Shown: one piece after another, positions 53,622-64,000 of the stretch | How the letters are laid out: the number at the start of each line of letters is the position of its first letter | Numbering within the stretch: position 1 is the stretch's first letter | Assembly (NCBI GenBank): GCA_964016885.1 | Contig: OZ024745.1 | Coordinates: 63,178,001-63,242,000, forward strand | Direction of reading: 5' to 3' | Length of the DNA stretch: 64,000 nucleotides | Source of the DNA: Eledone cirrhosa | Lineage: Eukaryota | Position numbers and translations under genes: made by a program | The notes under the pieces: model-generated | What the model saw: the letters and a program-made list of their open reading frames with translations, nothing else | Database searches by the model: none | What the model was told of the DNA's origin: nothing

Positions 53622-53836
53622 GTTTTTTTTTGTTTAAAATGAAATTTTGGGTACAAAACCCCAATAACTGGTTATTTAACCCCGAAGGGCCAAATAACGG
53701 ACAGAAAGACCCCTCTCACGAGGAGGAGGGTGTCTTTATCAACAATTTGGTTCAAGTTTTAAACAATTTACAATTGTTTTAACGGTTAAAAATTACTATA
53801 CCTTACAGAGCCGAGCCTCCGTCAACCATGGCATTC

Positions 53837-53857
53837 AATAATAATAATAATAATAAT
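53837..53857. repeat. (AAT)7 junction between copies B and C
   Basis: Direct junction sequence. Confidence 0.93.
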
Positions 53858-56800
53858 TTCTTTATTGGTCACAAGGGCTGACATCAAGAAAAACATTACA
53901 AACGGCACAGGACGGTACAGGACGGTACGATGTGGGTTTTGTGCGTGTAAAGATGAGGGCGGTGAATTGGCAGTATCGGTAGAGGGTTGGATGCCATACT
54001 TTGATGCATAGAGTTACGGCCCTTGCCATTCTGAGTTCAAATCCCGCCGAGGTTAACTTTGCCTTTCATCATTACGGGGTCGATAAAATAAAGTATCAGT
54101 AATGCACTGGGTAATTGCTGGCCTTGTGCCAAAAGTAGAAACAATTATCTATATAAGAAAAGAAAAAAAAGACATAGAAACATATATATATATATATAAA
54201 CAATAAAAATGAAACTTGAAACAATAAAAAATTCCCCAAGAAGGGGGACACCTGCAAGCGTCACTGCTGGTGGAAACCACACAAAAGACCACGGCCACCC
54301 TGACCACCAGGGCAAGCGCCCTCTCACACTTTTCCCACTCCTCAGTCTACAGGCGTATACTCAGAGCGGGCCCGTTCACTCGGACCAGACTCGCTACTTT
54401 CACCCACCTTTCAACAAACTTACAAGAAGACAGCACTTGCCTCTACACCCTGATTTTCCTCTTCAAGTGAAACTTGAAAAAGTTAATCAGGGATTGGCCG
54501 GAGAGGAAAGTGTCCGTCTTCAACCCTTTCAATCTTGTCCACCACACAATCTCTTTCGCCATGGCCACCAGGCAGATGGATACTGCCTGCCCTTCCTCTT
54601 CTTTAAAGGAGGATGGGGGGGGGGGCTATCTGCACAATGGACTCAGTCGATAACCGGATCGTTCCTACATGCGACAGCAGCTGTTCGACATAGCTCCACA
54701 AGTCAGCAATCTATGGGCACTGAACAAGTGCGTGCAGGACGGTTTCGTCACCCTGCGCGCATCTCGGACAGGCTCGGCTGAGAGCACCTCCGTGCCTGTA
54801 GAGCTTATCCCGAATCGGCAACGCTCCCCGGGAGCACTGCCATGCCAGGGATTTCTGGAAGTTGTCCATAAGCCCCGGTCTGAAAGTTCTCTTGAAGAGA
54901 GCGAATAGTTGATCGTCTTCGACGCCCAGGGTCTCCCGAGAACGCCGCTGCTGTTTACCTCCACTAACCCTCTATAGAACGCCGAGGTGAATGCTCCACC
55001 GATACTAGTGCCCAGTGAGTAGAGGGCGGTAAGCGCTTGGAGACATTCCAGCTTCCAAGCGCTATCCCTCGGTCTTTTCTTGATCCAGGACTGCAGCTCC
55101 GTCAAGGAGACGAGCTGGGGAAAATCGCGTCTGGCAAACGGCGACCACACCTGTTCACCATCAAGGAAGCACCAGAGATGTCGCAGCCTCAGCGCATGTT
55201 TGCGCATTATCAGCCACGGCATGCCTAGTCCTCCACGCAACGGGTATTGACAGCAAATAGATCGTCTGACCATGGGAGCACATCCCTTCCACAAAAAGCG
55301 GAGAGAAGGCACTCCATTTTGGTCAAGTTGGGCGGGGGCAAGGTACGACGGTCAGGCGGTAGTAGATGACGGACGCTATGTACGCATTCGCCACCTCCGC
55401 CCGACCTTTCAGACACAGCCTCCTCTCGGCCCATTTCTGCGTGAGAGAGGCCACCCTGCTCGTCACCTCGATCCACTTTTTCTCCATCTGGAGGTCCGGA
55501 CTGAACGAGACCCCGAGCATTTAACCGGTACTTCCGTCCAGCGCCCCACGACGCTGCCGGACGGCATGGACTTGCCTCTCCAGGTGCCGAGTTGCAAGCC
55601 CACCGACTTTTCCTGGTTTATCTTTGCTCCTGTCACCGCTTCATATTCCTTGAGAGCGGTGTCGAGCATCTGGACGTGTTTGGTGCTCGGCACCACCACG
55701 GTGACGTCGTCGGCGTAAGTTGACATGGATCTCCCGCATCCCAGTTCGCGTGGGACCCCCCCCCCCTCGTTATCTCCATATTTGTGTAGTAACGGCTCTA
55801 GAGTCAGTACGTACAAGAGAGACGAGAGGAGGCAACCCTGGCGGACCTGGCGCATGATGCTGAAAGGCTGCGGCAGGTGACCATTCACCCTCACAATGGA
55901 GCAGATGTCGCTGTGCATCGCATCGATACAGCCCCTAAAAATAGGCCCGAAGCCGGCCGCCTCGAGGACCGCAGGCAGGTACCGATCGAGGTATGCACCG
56001 AAGTCCATACTCCGATCCTGCCCACCGCCGCCTCCGAAAAATTGAGCAAAGTGCTGTTGAAAAGCTGCACACATCTGCTGGATTCGAGCAACATGCGCCC
56101 TTTTGCGCGCCGGGAACGACGCGTTCAGCTTCCAGTAGCCGGGACCTTGCCTATGGAGTCTATCTAAGTCAACTAAACAAATCACAAATTTGTGGTCGAC
56201 CACTTTAAATTGTGGACAACACTAGCCTTATCACTTTCCCTACAGAATACCCTATCTAAATACGATCTGGATGACCCTATACGTTTGCCCATTTCCACAT
56301 TGGCACATTCGGATAATCCAGTCTATACCTGTCAGACAGAGTTCAAAACGTCTGAGCAGGTTGTTGAGGCTTTTACACACTCCTGCCCTGTCTACTAGCC
56401 CCACATAATTCCAGATAAACCCAGCTTGCATCTAAGATACCGTTCCAGTCGCCCACTATCACTAAAGAGCGGAACGTTCCAAGAAAGGTTTCTAGACGTC
56501 TGAAGAAATCTGGCCATCCTGCTCCTATTGGCTACTAGCCTGAAAGCATTGCCTTCGCTTCCGGTCACGTCCAGCACCACGACTTACCTTCTGGGTTCAG
56601 AAAGATGGCTCGTATGGCGAGATCCAAGCCTCCCCTAAAAAGCACACCCCCGCCCCGAACCTGGACAGGCTGGGAGATGCGTATACATCGTAGCCGCCGA
56701 AGATCGGTGTGAAGGCACGTGGTTCGAAGATTCTGGTCTCGCTGATAACCACCACATCTATGTTTAGTGAGCTGAGGTCGTAAGGCAGGTGACACTGCTT

Positions 56801-58996
56801 CCAAAATGACCCCCAGGCCACGTACATGTATACTGCCTGTTCTAAGTACGGCCATGTTGGATGAGAAACGGGGTAAGTGAGAAAGGATCACTTACCTTCA
56901 TCGTGTGGGGGAAGGACAGTAGAACCGTCCCTTTAGCTGGTCATGGGTGTTTCCAAGAAGATGTCGGTGTATTTCCTCTTGGTAACCGACCCTCTGATGT
57001 CTCCAACTGCGTTGGGTATTTTTCTTTTACAAGTTTATAATGTTCTATTTTAATTTCAATGATGTTTATGTTTTTCGGGAGAGTTCTTGGTGTTGGTGGG
57101 GTGTAGTAATTTTTTTCTGTGATATCTGTGTGCTGCTTTATATGTTGTTAGAGTTCGTTATTTGACATGTTTATGGCTGTGTACTTTTGGGAGGGAGGGG
57201 TGGTTTTGTTGCTGTTGGTTGTGCGTGCTTTGTTGTGTTTGTGATGTTAGCGTTTTTGGTGATGCTGGTGGTGGTGTCGTTTTTGTTGGTGGTGATGCTT
57301 GTGGTGGTGATGGTGATGGTGGTGGTGTTGCTACAAGTCTCCTTGCAGCCGTTACCGCTCTTTGTTTGCCTTCGCTTTTGGAGGGTGAAGCTAAGGGTAT
57401 TTTTTCTTTTTTCTTTTTTTGTGGAAGACCGTTTGCCACTTCACTCACGCGTCTACTCCAGGTCGGATTCCATGGCGTTTGGGAGGGTTATGAGCTCCAC
57501 TGCATTGGTGGTGGTAGTGGAGCCGGCTCCGGCCCTTTTTTCGCCGGTGTAGCTACTGCGACTGCTGGTGTTGCCGACACTGCAGCCGCTGTTTTGGTTG
57601 TCCGTGGCCTTGGTATGGGTGCCAGGGACGTGCCCTCCTACTCACCGTGGAAGGGTCGTTTGCCTCTGTTGCCTGCTCTGCTCTTGGTATCAGCAGATCA
57701 GAGTATCGGAGGTGACCCTTCTGTCCACAGAGATAGTACTTTGGGCGCCTTCCTTCCTCGAGGCCTATGATATCTTTCACTCCTCAATGCACTCCTAGTC
57801 AGTTTATATTAGCATTTGCATGCCTATACCTGACCAGTTCTCTCTTTCCATTCCCTGTATTTGCAGTATGGTGGTCCTGTCCTCAATTCCAGCAAGTACA
57901 GACGCGGCTAGCCAAGGTACAGGCACGTCGGGCGGGACCTGGGTCACTTTGACCCTCACAATTTTCTGCCCGCAGCAGGAGGGCACCAAGACTATCTCCT
58001 CACTCTTTAGGGTTTCAAAAGAGAGAGACTTCGCCTCTTGAGGGGTGGCGGAAAGTACGTCTACTGTGGCGCACCTTTTGCCTCGCGTGAGGTGGGTTTT
58101 GCGCACCCAGATGCACCCCAAGGCCTTTTGGATTCGAGCCTCCGTGGCTCCTCCATCCGATGTGACATAAGCCACCGTGCGATAAGCCGATGTGCGATAA
58201 GCCACCGTCCGCAGCTGCTGGTCCTTGTAGAAATCGGGTGGAGGTTTCAGGGAAAATCTATTGTACTTTCTTGTCACCATGGCTCTTGCGACTGCCATCC
58301 CTCCTCCGAGACATGCACTGTCTCTATATTTCGGTCCACACCTGCGAAAGAAATGGCCCCTTTTTTCAGCGGCGCCATTACTGCTACCGCTACTGCTGAT
58401 ACTGGTCTTGTTCTTGGTGCTGTTGCTGTTGATACTGCTACAAACGGAGTTGTTGGTGTTGTTGCTGTTGCAACTGTTGTAGTTGATTGTGTTTTTGGTG
58501 TCACCGTTGTTGCTGTTTTCGGTGCAATCTGTATTGTTGCTGTTGCCGTTGCCGTTGTTTATTTTCTTGTTCATCGTTGTTGCATTTATTGTCATTTTTT
58601 TCTGGTGTCTGTATTTTGGTTGTCGCTGTTAATGTTGTAGTTGGTGTGGTAATTTTTTTTAAATTAGTGTTCTCAGTGTTGTTGTCTTTGTTCACGTTGT
58701 TTGGATGGTGTTTGTTATATCAATTTCTGTACCCCTCCTCTCAACTTTTACGCTGTTGTCACACGACAGCAGACATATAGCTGGGGGCGTGGCTCAGCCA
58801 TGTTCTTTTTTTTATATTTAAAGTAAAATGTTCAAATATTTGGGCCAAAACCCCCAAATATTATACTTTCCCCTTCACAGCGCACAGTCCAAGGACTTAT
58901 ATCCCTTACACAACAAGAAAAATTTAACAACAAATAATTATAACAGGTAAATAAAACAACTTACTAGGAGCGAGCAAAACGACGTCCGAACAGACC
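53858..58996 (-). mobile_element. Tx1-clade LINE copy C, divergent subfamily, decayed
   Basis: Homologous ORF1 (ATG 58801) and ORF2 (MAVLRTGSIH) with different UTRs, many frameshifts, and two large ORF2 deletions near 55985 and 56100. Confidence 0.92.
53958..54148 (+). mobile_element. SINE S1 inside the 3' UTR of LINE copy C
   Basis: Full S1 sequence in antisense to the LINE; no clear TSD. Confidence 0.9.
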
Positions 58997-59020
58997 AATA
59001 ATAATAATAACAATAATAAT
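58997..59020. repeat. (AAT)4-AAC-(AAT)3 junction between copies C and D
   Basis: Direct junction sequence. Confidence 0.93.
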
Positions 59021-62000
59021 GTTTTCTTTATTAACCACAAGGGTTTACATAAAGTAGACATTAAGGACAGTACAGGATAATACAGGACGGTACAAATGGG
59101 CATTTCTGCGTGTAAAAAAACCAGAGGATGTAATAAAATAACAAAGAAAAATTCCCCAATAGGGGGGAGACTTCAGAGGGACATTTGTAGAGAAAGCCCA
59201 TTAAAAGACCACAGTGACCCTGACCACCAGGGCAAGTGCCCTCTCCCAGTTTTCCACCTTTAATTTACAGACACATACTCAGAGAAGGCCCATTCATTCG
59301 GGCCATACTTGCTTCTCTCACCCATCTTTCAACAAAATGCTGGGAAGAGAGCACTTCCATCTCTACTCTGATTTTCCTTTTCAAATGAAATTTGAAAAAG
59401 TTAATCAGGGCATCACCGAAGAGGTAAGTGCTCGTCTTCAGCCCTTTCAAACGTGTCCACCATACTATCTCTTTCGCCATGGCCACCAGACAGATAAAAA
59501 CTGCTTGCCCTTCCCGGCTAAAGGAAGAGGGCGGGGCAATCCTCACGATGGACTCAGCTGATAGCTGGATCCGTCCTACACGTGACAGCAGGCGTTAGAC
59601 ATAAACCCACAAGTCAGCAATTTTCGGACACTGGAAGAGTGCGCGCAGGACGGTTTCGTCGCCCTGCGCGCATCTCGGACATGCCCGGCTGACGGCACCT
59701 CCATGCCTGTAAAGTATATCCCGAACTGGCAAGGCTCCTCGGTAGCACTGCCAGACCTGAGATTTCTGGAAGTTGTCCATAGGCCTCGGCCCGAAAGTTC
59801 TTCCGAAGAGATTGCTAGTTGATTTTCGTCGACGCCTAGAGTTTCCCCAAGTACGTCGTCGCTCTTCCCCTCCACTAATCCTCTATAGAACGCCGATGTG
59901 GAGTTTCCACCGATCACATTGCCCGATTGGTCGAGGGCTGTGAGCGCCTGACGACATTCCAGTCTCCAGGCGCTCCCTCTTGGTTTTCGCTTGACCCAGG
60001 ACTGCAGCTCCGTCAAGGAAACGAGCTGGGGAAATAGGTGTCTAGCAAACGGCGACCACACCTGATCACTGTCGATGAAGAGGTGGAGATGTCGTAGCTT
60101 GAGCGCGTGCCTGCGCATCATCAGCCACGGCATGCCCAGCCCTCCACGTAGCGGGTGTTGACAGCAGATGGACCACCTGATCATTGGAGCGCGTCCCTTC
60201 CACAAAAAGCGAGAGAGCAAACGTCCAGCGCAGTCAGGCGGGGCTTGGGACAAGGTACGACGGTCAGGCGTTAGCAGATGACAGACGCTATATACGCGTT
60301 AGCCACCTCCGCTTCACCTTTCAGGGATAGCTTCCTCTCCGCCCATTTCTTGGTGAGAGAAGCCACCCTGCTCGTCACCTCGTCCCAGTTTTTGTCCGTC
60401 TGGAAGTCCGGACCGAACCAGACACCTAGCAATTTAACCGGTCCGTCCGTCCAGCGTCCGACGACGCTGTTGGACGGCATGGACCTGCCTCTCCAGGTGC
60501 CGAGCTGCAGGCCCACTGACTTTTCCTGTTTGATCATTGCTCCTGTCACCGCTTCGTATTCTCTTAGTGTAGTGCCGATCGCCTCGATGTGTTTGGCGTT
60601 CGACACCACTACGGTGACATCGTCCGCATATGCTGACACGGATCTTCCGCATCCTAGTTCGCGCGGGATGCCCCTCAACGTCTCCAGTTTGTGCAGTAAT
60701 GGCTCGAGAGTCAATACGTACAAGAGGGACGAGAGGGGACATCCTTGGCGGACCGAGCGCACGATGTTGAACGGTTCCGTCAGGTGACCGTTCACTCTCA
60801 CCACAGAGCAGATATCGCTGTGCATGGCAGCGATCCAGCATCTGAAGACGGGCCCAAAGCCAGCCGCCCTCAGGACTGCCGCTAGGTAACGATGGTCGAC
60901 CCTATCGAAAGCTTTCGACTGATCTAAATTGATCAAGGACCCACACGTGCCAGGTTCCCTAGCTACCCTCTCTACGATGTATCGCATGAGGTGGAGGTTG
61001 TCGTGGATGGATCTGTCGGGAATTGCGCATGTCTGCTCCTCTCCCACCAGACCACCAACGACAAGCGCCAACCTCTTTGCTAGCACCTTGGCCAAAATCT
61101 TGAACTCTGTGTTTAGCAGAGTTATGGGCTGAAATCGTCTATGTTATCCCCCTTGTTCGGATCCTTTCTCAGCAGCGCCACCGCTCCTCGGCTCACAGAA
61201 CTGAGAATTCTCCCGTTCTGTTGCCAGTTGCAGTAGACGTCCGCCACGAGGCCTCCGAACTAGTCTGGCATCTGTACGTAAAGTTCATAGGGCAGATCAT
61301 CCAAACCGGGCGATTTACCCTTTGTGCAGCCAGTCATTTCCTCCCGTACTTCAGCGGCTGTTATCGGCTTTTCGCAACACTCCGCCTCAGTGGCCGAGAG
61401 CCGCGGCAGTCCGTCGAGGTAGACACTAAAGTCCATCCCTCGATCCGGCCCGCCGCTGCCCCCGAACAGCTATGCGAAGTGTCGCTGAAAAGATTCACAC
61501 ATTTTCCCGTGATCGAGTAGCATGCGCCCGTGGTGGTCCACCAAAGACCGGATCGTGGCTTTGTTTCCACGACACGCCTCCGCTACTCGGGCCCATTGAA
61601 CGGCTTTCGTCCCCTCGTGTCTGAGAGCACGCACCCTTGCTCTGACAACGCAGCCTTCGTGCTTTGCATTGAAGAATTGGTCAAGGGCCAATTTCGCCGC
61701 AAGTACGTCGGTCGCGATGCCTTTGCTAAGCGCCTCGTCTAATTTTCTAACAACTTCTCCCTCTGCTTTATTTTCTCTATAGCTAAAACGTTACTAAACC
61801 TAATAGACTCTATTCTAATCGCTCTTTTCAGAGCAAACCACCGCTTGTTGTAACGATGGACCCCGTCAACGCTTGCTTAACTAGTTCGGTAATCTTGTCT
61901 CTGTAGGCCTTGCGCGCTGGCAAGGACGCGTTTAGCTTCCAGGAGCCGGGTCCTCGTCTATGAAGCCTATATAAGTCAAGCACACCGATCACGAATTTGT

Positions 62001-64000
62001 GGTCCGTGTAGCAGACTATCTTGAATTGTGGACAGCCTATGCTAGACCTATCTATTTCCCAAAATAATCTAGATATGATCTGGATGACCCGATACGGTTT
62101 GTCCAAGTCCACATTGGCACATTCGGGAAATCCAATCGATACCTGTCAGACATTTCAAAACGCCTGAGCAGGTCGGTGAGTCTCTTGCACCATGCCACAC
62201 AGTCCCAGCGTGCATCTAAGATCCCGTTCCAGTCGCCCACTAACACTAAAGAGGTCTCCAGACGGAAGAAATCAGACCGCCCTGCTCCTGTCGGAGCATA
62301 GACGCCTACTAGCCTGAAAGCTTTCCCGTCTCCGCTGGTCACGACCTTCTGGGTCCAGGAAGATGGCCCGTATGGCGATATCCAAACCTCTCCGAAAAAG
62401 CACAGCAACTCCTCCCCCCGATCCATGACGGCTGGGAGATGCGTACACATCGTAGCCGCCGAAGATCGGTGCGAAGGCCCCTTCTTCGGAGGTATGGTCT
62501 CGCTGATGGCCACTATATCTATGTTTAGTGACCTGAGGTCTTTGAGCAGGTGGCCCTGCTTCCATGACGACCCCAAGCCACGCGCATTTATGCTGCCTAT
62601 TCTGAGTGAGGTCATGTTGAAATGGAGTGGAAAAGATGGGAAAGACCACTTACCTTACTTCTCGTAGAGGAAGGATGGTTTCTCCATCCCTTTTCACTTG
62701 AATGTCTGGTGAAGGGACCGTTGAATCGTCCCTTCGGCTGGTCGTAGGCTCTTCTGTGAGTATATCCGAATATACTTCCGTTGGGGAAATCCGTTTTAAT
62801 GTTTGTGTATTGTTTCTGTGCTATTCTTACCAGTCTTATGTTCGTTGGTGTTTTGATTAGTGCTGGTATTATATAGTCATGCTGTGAAATGTCTGTGTGT
62901 TCAATTATGTAAGTCATTAGTTTCTTGTTGTGTATTTATTGCTGTGCATTTGTTTTTCTGGGTGTGGGGTGTGGTTCTGTTATTTTCTTGTCGTTGTTGC
63001 TGGGTGTGTGTGTTTTGTTGTTTTTGCGATGTTGGTGCTTGTGGTGGTGGTGGTGTTGAAGGTGTTGTTGTTGTTTGCGGTGGGTTTGCTGCTGGTGCTG
63101 ATGGTGGTGCAAGTGTGGTGGTGATGGTGTTGGTGGTGTTGCTGTAGTCAGTCTCTTTGCAGTAGCCTTTACCCTTTTTTCATTTCTTTCCTCCCTTTTC
63201 GAAGGAGACGATGCGCTGCTTCTGCATGTGTGCCTTCTTGCGACCTTTTGCCATTCCTCCCCCACCTCACACTCCATATCCGATTCTGTGAGGTCGGGGA
63301 GAGGTACCAGTTGGTGATGTTTTCAGTGGAGTCTCTGTTGCAGCTGCAGTTGGTATTACTGTTGTTGTTGTTAATACTTCCACTGCTGCTGCTGTTCTTG
63401 TTTTCCGTGTCGTGGGTATCGGTGCTACGGACCTATCCTTCCTGATTGGGGCCTGTCCTCTTGCTGGTAGCAGTGGAGCCGGTTTCGGAAGTAGGGGGGT
63501 TTCCTCCTTTCTCAGGGTCTTCTAATTGCAGAAGGCCCTGAGGTGAGTCTTCGATCCACAGCGAAAGCATTTCGGGCGTTTGCTCTAAACACTCATGGGC
63601 AGTTGAGTGCCGTTATCGAAGTCTATCACATCCGGCATAGCTTCGATGCACGCCTGGTTGGTTTGGATTAACATCTCAATGGAGGTGTCGACCCAATCTT
63701 CTCATACTTTTTTCTGTATTTGCAGTACAGTTATTTTGTCCTCGATTCCGACGAGGACAGACGCGGCCAGCCAAGAATGAGCTATCCCGCGGGGGACGTG
63801 GGTCAGTTTGACCCTCACAAATTTTTGCCCGCAGTAGGAGGGCACCAACACCATTTCCTCGTTCCTTAGGGTCACTAAGGATTGAGCCTTTGCCTCCTGG
63901 GGTGTGGCAAATAGCACGTCCACGGTGGCATATTTCTTGCCTCGTGTGATATGCGTTTTCCGCTGCCACACAGACCCTAAGGCTTTTTTGTATTTGAGCC
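59021..64000 (-). mobile_element. Tx1-clade LINE copy D (A/B subfamily), decayed, continues past the window edge
   Basis: Colinear with B, with many frameshifts, stops and small deletions; ORF2 ATG at 62615; ORF1 is cut by the window end. Confidence 0.95.

Larger units (their letters stand above)
47818..53836 (-). mobile_element. Tx1-clade LINE copy B, full length (~6.0 kb), both ORFs uninterrupted
   Basis: 5' UTR, ORF1, short spacer, ORF2 (APE-RT-CCHC), 3' UTR with AATAAA and (ATT)n tail. Confidence 0.96.

Noticed and set aside
42836-63445. Repeated plus-strand ORFs within the array (e.g. 169 aa at 43008, 49085 and 60278; 184-213 aa at 45765 and 51841)
   Set aside because: Antisense shadows of GC-rich or low-complexity ORF1/ORF2 sequence; they recur only because the element is repeated.
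41730-64000. Telomere-maintaining retrotransposon array (HeT-A/TART-like)
   Set aside because: The polarity is compatible, but there are no telomeric repeats and no evidence of a chromosome end. 5' ends are intact rather than eroded, and age does not follow position. It cannot be fully excluded without the scaffold position.
41772-64000. LTR retrotransposon, or assembly duplication, as the explanation for the repeats
   Set aside because: No LTR, protease, RNase H or integrase is present; APE-RT with a repeat tail defines a non-LTR element. Copies carry independent lesions and C is a different subfamily.

Overview
AT-rich, microsatellite-dense eukaryotic (animal) DNA; the SINE family suggests a cephalopod/octopod, which is an inference. 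No complete host gene is visible, only one candidate exon at 15881-15959. The first ~41.7 kb is a patchwork of repeats: (TA)n/(CA)n tracts, about 12 copies of one tRNA-derived SINE, a second SINE, a hAT MITE, RTE and Tx1 relics, and several (TA)n-embedded Penelope-like foldback elements. At least 8 type I hammerhead ribozyme-like motifs occur in this region. The last 22 kb (41772-64000) is a head-to-tail, minus-strand array of four Tx1-clade (L1-group) non-LTR retrotransposons from two subfamilies, each joined to the next only by an (AAT)n tract. Copy B (47818-53836) has uninterrupted ORF1 and ORF2. Three observations stand out. (1) The element appears to target (ATT)n, which is also its own tail, so the array could build itself. 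(2) All four copies carry a 52-54 nt GTAAGT...YAG segment that overlaps the ORF1 stop codon; removing it would fuse ORF1 to ORF2 in frame, and intact copy B lacks the ORF2 ATG. (3) The abundant SINE shares its 3' terminus and its ATTAT target with this LINE, suggesting a SINE/Tx1 partnership. Coordinates were read by eye and may be off by a few bases.
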